A stretch of 64,000 bases of DNA, taken from assembly GCA_039096225.1 (NCBI GenBank), contig JBBPEB010000015.1, forward strand, positions 2,294,001-2,358,000. The letters run 5' to 3'. The position numbers and the translations under genes are program-made. This DNA comes from Blastocystis sp. Blastoise (Eukaryota > Protista > Bigyra: Opalinata). Numbering within the stretch: the stretch's first letter is position 1; the number at the start of each line of letters is the position of its first letter. Positions 57,081 to 64,000 of the stretch are shown piece by piece. Below the pieces are notes generated by a model, which was given only the letters and a program-made list of their open reading frames with translations, was not told the origin of the DNA and did no database searches.

Positions 57081-57885
57081 AATAATTAATTCTTAATTGA
57101 TATTTATCTTGTGTTTGGTTGTTTTTATAATATTTTTAGTGTATTCATGAAATGCTAGCCTATATGTAATTATTCTCGTTACATATTAATTTATTATATG
57201 TTTCGTGACTTGACATACATTTTTCTATTGTATAAAAAATATCTAGAATAATATGAAAAGAAAAAACGAACATTTTTTTAATTTATAAGTATTTCTCGTT
57301 TCTTGATTTAAATAGTATTTTAAATATCGCTAATGCTTTATTTCGTACATTATCGAAATAATAAAAAAGGTATAAAAGGAGATTTCGTGATATCTATGTT
57401 AAAAATAGTATATAAAACATTGTCTTGCATACTTACATCACTCAGGTGACTTCAAGAACATCTGACACAATCACTTCTAAACATTCCTTATCTTTAAATT
57501 GAGTTTTATTTATAAAAAGTCAAGAAGAGATACTAATGCTGTTTCGTTTTCGAGAAAATTTTATGAATTTCGTTCATCCAATAGAAAAATATTTTGAACA
57601 AAACCATGAAAAAATGATGGAAACCGAATTTGGAAATGCATATTCCCGTAAATAATTATTTTAATGATTATTGTCAAATTCGAATAGAAGAATTTTAATT
57701 TCCCTTTAATCAGTTTTGAATGGTCACAAGGTATTATTTGACCTTTAGACCATAAACTGTACAGTAATTAGAATATCGAGAAAAAAAGTCTATGATTATA
57801 AATAATCTTTGATTAATAATTCTCATTTTTATTATTTTTCTACTTTAATTAAGTATTTTCTCAAAGTAACATTTGTTTTCTGACG

Positions 57886-59013
57886 ATGCTTGCTGCTCTT
57901 CATAATTCTGCTAAGACTATTGTTCCTCTTGCTAACAATATAGCTTTAAGATCTTTTGCTGCTGAAGCTTCTGCTAAGATTGCCACTGAAGCCAAGCCTA
58001 AGAACTACAAGCTCTTTGAAATCTACAGATACAATCCTGAATGTGATAACAAGCCTCATTACGAAAAATATGCTGTTGATCTTAACAGGTATTTATTTTT
58101 CTACTTTGATCCTCTTCTCTCTGCTTAAAACTATTTTATTATTTTATTTACTTCCTATAGTTGTGCTACTATGATTCTTGATGCTCTTATTAAAATTAAG
58201 AATGAACAAGATCCTTCTTTAGTTTTCCGTCGTTCTTGCCGTGAAGGTATTTGTGGTTCTTGTGCCATGAACATTAACGGAACCAATGGTCTTGCTTGTC
58301 TTACTAAGATTGAAAAGAACAATAAGACTACTACTATTAGACCTCTTCCTCATATGTATGTCTTAAGAGATTTAGTTACTGATTTCACTAATTTCTATGA
58401 ACAATATGCTTCTATTAAACCTTGGTTACAAAAGAATGGTGGTGATAATAAGGATTATACTATTGAAAATCTTCAAGTATATATTATATTATTTTTTTTA
58501 AAGTTTTTATTATAAATGACACAATAATTCAATCTTTTTAAAATCTATAATATTTCATAAATTATATAATAAATAGTCCCATGAAGATCGTCTTCTTCTC
58601 GATGGTTTATATGAATGTATTCTTTGTGCTTGTTGTTCTACTTCTTGTCCTTCCTATTGGTGGCATGCTGATAAATATCTTGGTCCTTCTAGTATATTTA
58701 TATATTATTTATTATTATTATTTTTTTTTTTTTTTTTTTACTTTCTATTTATCATTATTTATATTATTTAATTTATATTATATATATATATATATATAAC
58801 ACTATATATTTATATATAGTTCTTCAACAAGCTTATCGTTGGATTGCCGATTCTCGTGATGATTTCACTCATGAAAGATTAGAAAGTCTTGATGATACTT
58901 ATAAGTTATATAGATGCCATCAAATTATGCAATGTACTCATGCTTGTCCTAAGAATCTTAACCCTGGTTCTTCTATTCAAAAGCTTAAGCGTGCTGTTCA
59001 TAAGATGCACTAA
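57886..59013 (+). CDS. SDHB: Succinate dehydrogenase/fumarate reductase iron-sulfur subunit, paralogue B (3 introns)
   Basis: [30 protein letters not shown] and [14 protein letters not shown]. Presequence ...ALRSFA. TAA 59011-59013. Confidence 0.96.
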
Positions 59014-59381
59014 ACAAATAGATAACATTCCTATACACATAAACATATGATATCAATATATTCTATGTTGAGATCAGTTCATTTAATACATTCTATATAC
59101 TATTTCATTATGTTTATGTATAATCTAGAATTTTTATTTTCTTCTTTAATTTTTAGGAATTCTACTGTTTTCCTGTATATATAACATTATTATGGCAATA
59201 TAAAACTATTTTTTTAATTTTAAACTTTTTTTCTTTGTGTTTTGTTAATTATTGTAATTGTTTTATTATTTTTAAAATATAAAGAAAACTTTCTAAATAA
59301 TAAAAAAATAACGACAAACGTTGTATATAATTTCATAAACATATAGACACATTGATAATTGGAATAGCTTTAAAATATAAA

Positions 59382-60116
59382 TTAAAATTTGAATTTTTTA
59401 CTATCTGCAGGATTTGTAGCCTTTCGTTTTCTATCTGATTTTTGATCTTGATGAGCTATATCGTATTTAATATTAAGATCTTCTTGTGTCATGGATTCTA
59501 ATTCATCAGGATTCAAAGAAACAATAACATCATCTGCTTTCTTTGGTTTAGTAGGCATAACAAGTTCATAAGATGGCGCCAAGAAGGAGCCTTCCGTATT
59601 TGTAACCTTTCTTTCTTCTACAATAGTATATAAAGGTTTTTCTTCATATGGCGTTTCATCACCAGCTCCTTTACGAAGAGGAACAGCAGGAGTAACAGTA
59701 CCAATATAGTATATTATAATAATATAATATATTATATATTATATAATAGTATATAATAGTATATAATAGTATATAATATATTTATATACCAGGTTCCACG
59801 GAGAGAATACCGGATATATCTTTATCATTTCGTTTGTCTTCCAGAGTAGCTTCTTCCTTCTCTTCCTCTTCTTCTTCTTCTTCAGGTTCTTCTTCTAATT
59901 GTTCTTCTTCACTTTCATACTCTTCAGGAGGTAACACACCCCATAAAGGAATAGCACTCATATCAGACTTTTCTTCAATAATACCATTGTTTTCTTCACC
60001 ACCAACAGGAGCATATAATGGTCTACCAAGCTATATAAAATATATATATAATCTCATAGAATAAAAATTCTTATGAAAAAAAAAAGATATAATGTACTAA
60101 TAGTCATGGAGGAAAT

Positions 60117-60164
<48 letters not shown>

Positions 60165-60410
60165 CATCAGTAGGGAATTTACCCCATTGTCCAGCTCCAA
60201 ATCCAAAGGATGCTCCCGCGGGAATAGGTGCATTGAGACCGGGAATACGAAGATTGGGATAAGAACGAGGGGGACCATAACGTTGCATGTTTAATAACCA
60301 CGGGGGAGGAGCTCCTGCAGGCATACCAAGAGCCGTCTTAAGTTTTTCTGATAATTGTCCAGGAATAATGTTTACTAAACGAATTTCATTTTCTTTACCT
60401 TCATAATATC

Positions 60411-60445
<35 letters not shown>

Positions 60446-60540
60446 TATTTTTAGAAATAAGAATATATACACATCTCCATAAGTAGACATATGAGGCTTT
60501 GTGGAATGTTTAAAGAAGGCATTTTCACTATAATAATAAT

Positions 60541-60571
<31 letters not shown>

Positions 60572-61052
60572 TAATAATAATAATATAATAATAATATAAT
60601 ATAATATATACAGTAGACCATAATCAACATCCATCTTGTGTAATTTAGGATTCATTCGTTCACGTGCTTTGGCCTTTAGACTCTTTCCGTCATCTCTCTC
60701 ACTGAGGGCATCCCTCATAGTAGCAATACCAGTGGCGGCAATATAATCTATAGTAATATAATATATATATTCATTTAAATCTATTCTAATAATAAATAGA
60801 TCGAATACAATAGTAAAGAATATCTCTACTAGTTAGTATATTATATATATATATATAATATTATATATACCTGGTAATTGATAGCGAGTTTTTTCAGTTC
60901 CACGTTTACCTGATAAATAACGTCGTTTAGAACTCCAATGGGCAGGGACTGGAATAGTATTACGATAAGATTTTAAATAAACCAATAAACGAGGATCTTG
61001 AGCAGTAACATCACATTCCTTAAGAATAAGAATAATATAATAATAATGATAA

Positions 61053-61107
<55 letters not shown>

Positions 61108-61839
61108 AAAAATAAATAAATAAATTATTATGAATACTACTATATATAATATATACTTCAACTACATCAGGACGTCTAACCATTTGTTTCAATTGAGCAA
61201 CAGACATTCTACTTAATAAACGTCTTTGTTTCTTAGATAATTTAGGAGCTTCTTCCTTCTTTTCGATTTCCATAGAATCTGACTATATTCATAGTGTATG
61301 AATAATGTAATTCTTATAATAAAAGAAAGAGATGAAGTGATATACTTGAACTTGTGTTTTGGACTTATTATTATCTTCATCTGTATCATCATCAGTATGT
61401 TTACTCTGGTTCTAAAAGAAATAGAAATTGTATTAATTTGAATATAACATATAAAATATTTATATAAATAATAATAACTAATTCTATCAAAATAAAGAAA
61501 CTAAACTTAAAATATATACATTAATTTTAGAGACTAATTCTTCAGCAGTAGCAAATTTAGAAAAAACTTCTTTTAATTCGGCATATTCTCCTGTTAACTG
61601 TTCTACAGTATTTGAAGAAACCCATTCTACCTCTTCCGGTTGCTCTGATGTTTGTTTTTCTTGTTCATTCTTTTCAACAATAGAAGTAGCTTTTGAAGGA
61701 TTCTCTTTAGCTTCTTTCTTTTGTTCCTTCTTACGTAATCTTCTCTTTTCGTTCTTTGTTAACTTACGCTATATTTTTAAATAGAGATACAGTTCTTAAA
61801 GAGATATACAGCTTGATTTGGAACTTCAACTTCAGCCAT
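59382..61839 (-). CDS. SF3B2: Splicing factor 3B subunit 2 (SAP145/Cus1)
   Basis: SVAQLKQMVRRPDVVE, DPRLLVYLKSYRNTIPVPAHW, PPPWLLNMQRYGPPRSYPNLRIPGLNAPIP and C-terminal KKFKF. Confidence 0.96.
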
Positions 61840-62092
61840 TCTATGAATAATACACAAAAAACGTTTTTATTTTTTATCAAAAGAAAAAGTGAGAAATTTC
61901 AGATTCTGCTCTGAAATTCGGTAAAAAATCAGGAATCATAAAATACTATATAATTACGGTAATGTCCAACATAAACACTTTTAAATCATTTTCTTTCAAA
62001 TAAATGAAAATGTGAACAAGAATAAAACCAAATATAAACAAAGAAACAACCCATATTTATTTTGTTTTTGCTTTTCATTGACAAATATCAAA

Positions 62093-62929
62093 ATGGAAAC
62101 GTATATTTATGTGGAATTTATTCTATAAGGTTGTCTAGTGAAAATAAGCCTGTTGAAGAAACAACTCAACCTCAACCTGAGACTCAACCTATTGAAGGTG
62201 AACCTAAATTATCTAAATCTCAATTAAAGAAGCTTGCTAAGAAGAAGGATAAGCCAAAGGTCAGTAAGGAAGAAAAGATGAAAGCCGTATTTAATTTATT
62301 TTTAATGTTATTTCGTCTCTTATTATTCTTTTATTATTTTTTTCATATATATATTATTAGTGGGGTCTTTCTGGTAATAAAGCTGAAAAGAAAGAAAAAG
62401 TTCCTAAAGAAGAAAAGAAAGATGTTCCTGTCATTCCTGTAACCCCTAAGGGTGAAAAGAAAGGTATATAAATATATATACTTTATATAAATATTCTATA
62501 AATTTTTTAAATATATAATATTGAATATATATATATATATAGATCTTTCTTCTCCTCTTGCTGATTCTTACTATCCTGCTGCTGTCGAATCTGCTTGGGC
62601 TGATTGGTGGGAAGCTCAGGGATTCTTTAGTATGTCCTATTCATATTCTAGATATATATATATATATATGAATTATTCTATATAACATACTATTTTTATG
62701 AATCTATTCTTTATATTCTTGAAATTATATATATATATTATATATAGAGCCTAATGTAGAGCGTGCTCTTAATCTTCCTGCTGATAAGAAGTTTATTATG
62801 GTTATTCCTCCTCCTAATGTAACGGGTACCCTCCACTTAGGACATGCTCTTACCAATGCCATTGAAGATACCATCACTCGTTGGTATGTTTATATTATTA
62901 TGATGTTATTTTATATTATTATGATGTTA

Positions 62930-62961
<32 letters not shown>

Positions 62962-64000
62962 GTTAATTATTATTATGTTAATTATTATTATTATTATGTT
63001 AATTATGAGTATTATTATATTTATTATATTCTTATATATTATACTATGGTTTATAATACTATATATAGGAAGAGAATGAGTGGTTATGAGACTGTTTGGG
63101 TTCCAGGTATCGATCATGCTGGTATTGCTACACAAGTAGTTGTAGAGAAGAATTTGATGAAGGAAGAAGGAAAGAGTCGTCATGATTTAGGAAGAGAAGC
63201 CTTTGTAGAGAAGGTCTGGGAATGGAAGAATCAATATGGTAATAAGATTACGACTCAACTTAGAAAACTTGGTGTTTCTGTTGATTGGTCTCGTCAAGCC
63301 TTTACTATGGATGATAACTTAAGTCGTGCTGTCAAGGAAGCTTTCGTTCAACTTTATGACAAGGGTCTTATCTATAGAAGCAATCGTCTTGTGAATTGGT
63401 GTTGTACTCTTAAGACTGCTATTAGTGATATTGAAGTAGAATATATCGATTTAGAAGGAGCTACTAAGAGAAGAGTACCTGGACATGGTGATCATATGTA
63501 TGAATTTGGTACACTTACTGAATTCGCTTATCCTGTTGAAAATAGTGGTATATATATATTTATAAAGTTCTTGTTAATGTATTTATTCTTATTATTATTA
63601 TTATTCTAATTATTATTATTCTAATTATTATTATTCTAATTATTATTATTATTCTAATTCTTATTCTAATTATTATATTAATTCTTATTCTATAGATGAG
63701 AAGATTATTGTAGCTACTACTCGTCTTGAGACTATGTTAGGTGATACTGCTGTTGCCGTTCATCCTGAAGATCCCCGTTATACTCATCTCCATGGGAAAT
63801 ACGTCATTCACCCTATTAATGGTCGTCGTATTCCTATTATTACCGATAGTATCTTAGTTGATATGAACTTTGGTACGGGTGCAGTCAAGATCACTCCTGC
63901 TCATGATCCTAATGATTTCGAATGTGGTAAGAGACATAATCTTGAATTCATTAATGTTTTTAATGATAATGGTTCTATTAACAGTAATGGAGGTGAATAT
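62093..64000 (+). CDS. VARS1: Valyl-tRNA synthetase (5' part; continues beyond the window)
   Basis: [43 protein letters not shown] and [12 protein letters not shown]. Lys-rich eukaryotic N-terminal extension. Confidence 0.97.

Noticed and set aside
53773-59013. The two SDHB copies as an assembly or haplotype duplication
   Set aside because: They differ extensively in protein sequence, leader, intron number and orientation, so they are old paralogues.
11930-62129. AAG 3' splice sites (GlnRS, cyclin, MetAP1D, SF3B2, ValRS) as non-canonical introns
   Set aside because: They still end in AG. AAG acceptors are a known minor class and unsurprising at this AT content.
10400-63183. Many Tyr/Ile/Leu/Phe-rich ORFs in the track (e.g. 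10400-10624, 12104-12301, 23379-23636, 49206-49712, 62911-63183)
   Set aside because: These are translations of intronic (TA)n/(ATT)n microsatellites, or wrong-frame or antisense readings of real genes.
1-64000. Alternative genetic code or stop-codon reassignment suggested by fragmented ORFs
   Set aside because: Fragmentation is explained by introns. Spliced conserved proteins have no in-frame stops, and TAA, TAG and TGA all end genes.
1-64000. Blastocystis-style stop codons created by polyadenylation (TGTTTGTT signal)
   Set aside because: Every complete gene I reconstructed has an encoded stop. The one TGTTTGTT I noticed (42813-42820) is on the strand opposite to the adjacent FolD gene.

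Overview
Very AT-rich, gene-dense and intron-rich eukaryotic nuclear DNA using the standard genetic code. Gene content and style suggest a protist, possibly an AT-rich Blastocystis-like stramenopile (inference only). By splicing exons by hand I reconstruct 20 protein-coding genes, in order: two head-to-head BTB/LRR-like paralogues, an HPD-less J-domain/TMEM185-like membrane protein, GlnRS, an LRR hypothetical protein, an RMI1/TDRD3-type OB-fold protein, HSF, NBAS/Sec39, exportin-6, a TMX/PDI-like thioredoxin, a monoglyceride lipase, FolD, a cyclin T/K-like protein, a 2-TM orphan, a MORN protein, SDHB paralogue A, MetAP1D, SDHB paralogue B, SF3B2 and ValRS. I found no rRNA, tRNA, CRISPR array or autonomous transposon. 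The most notable signals are five. (1) At least 8 perfect CCGCGG hexamers plus many 1-off variants occur almost entirely in exons and force rare GC-ending codons. (2) Seven splice junctions appear non-GT/AG, and in six the odd base copies the exon on the far side of the intron; this is either an RNA-read polishing artefact or real exon-templated change. (3) Intron ends are built from self-complementary (TA)n and lack a polypyrimidine tract, while 5'-proximal introns are spared. (4) Two divergent SDHB paralogues sit in a run of four genes with mitochondrial-type presequences. (5) Long perfect inverted repeats lie in promoter regions.
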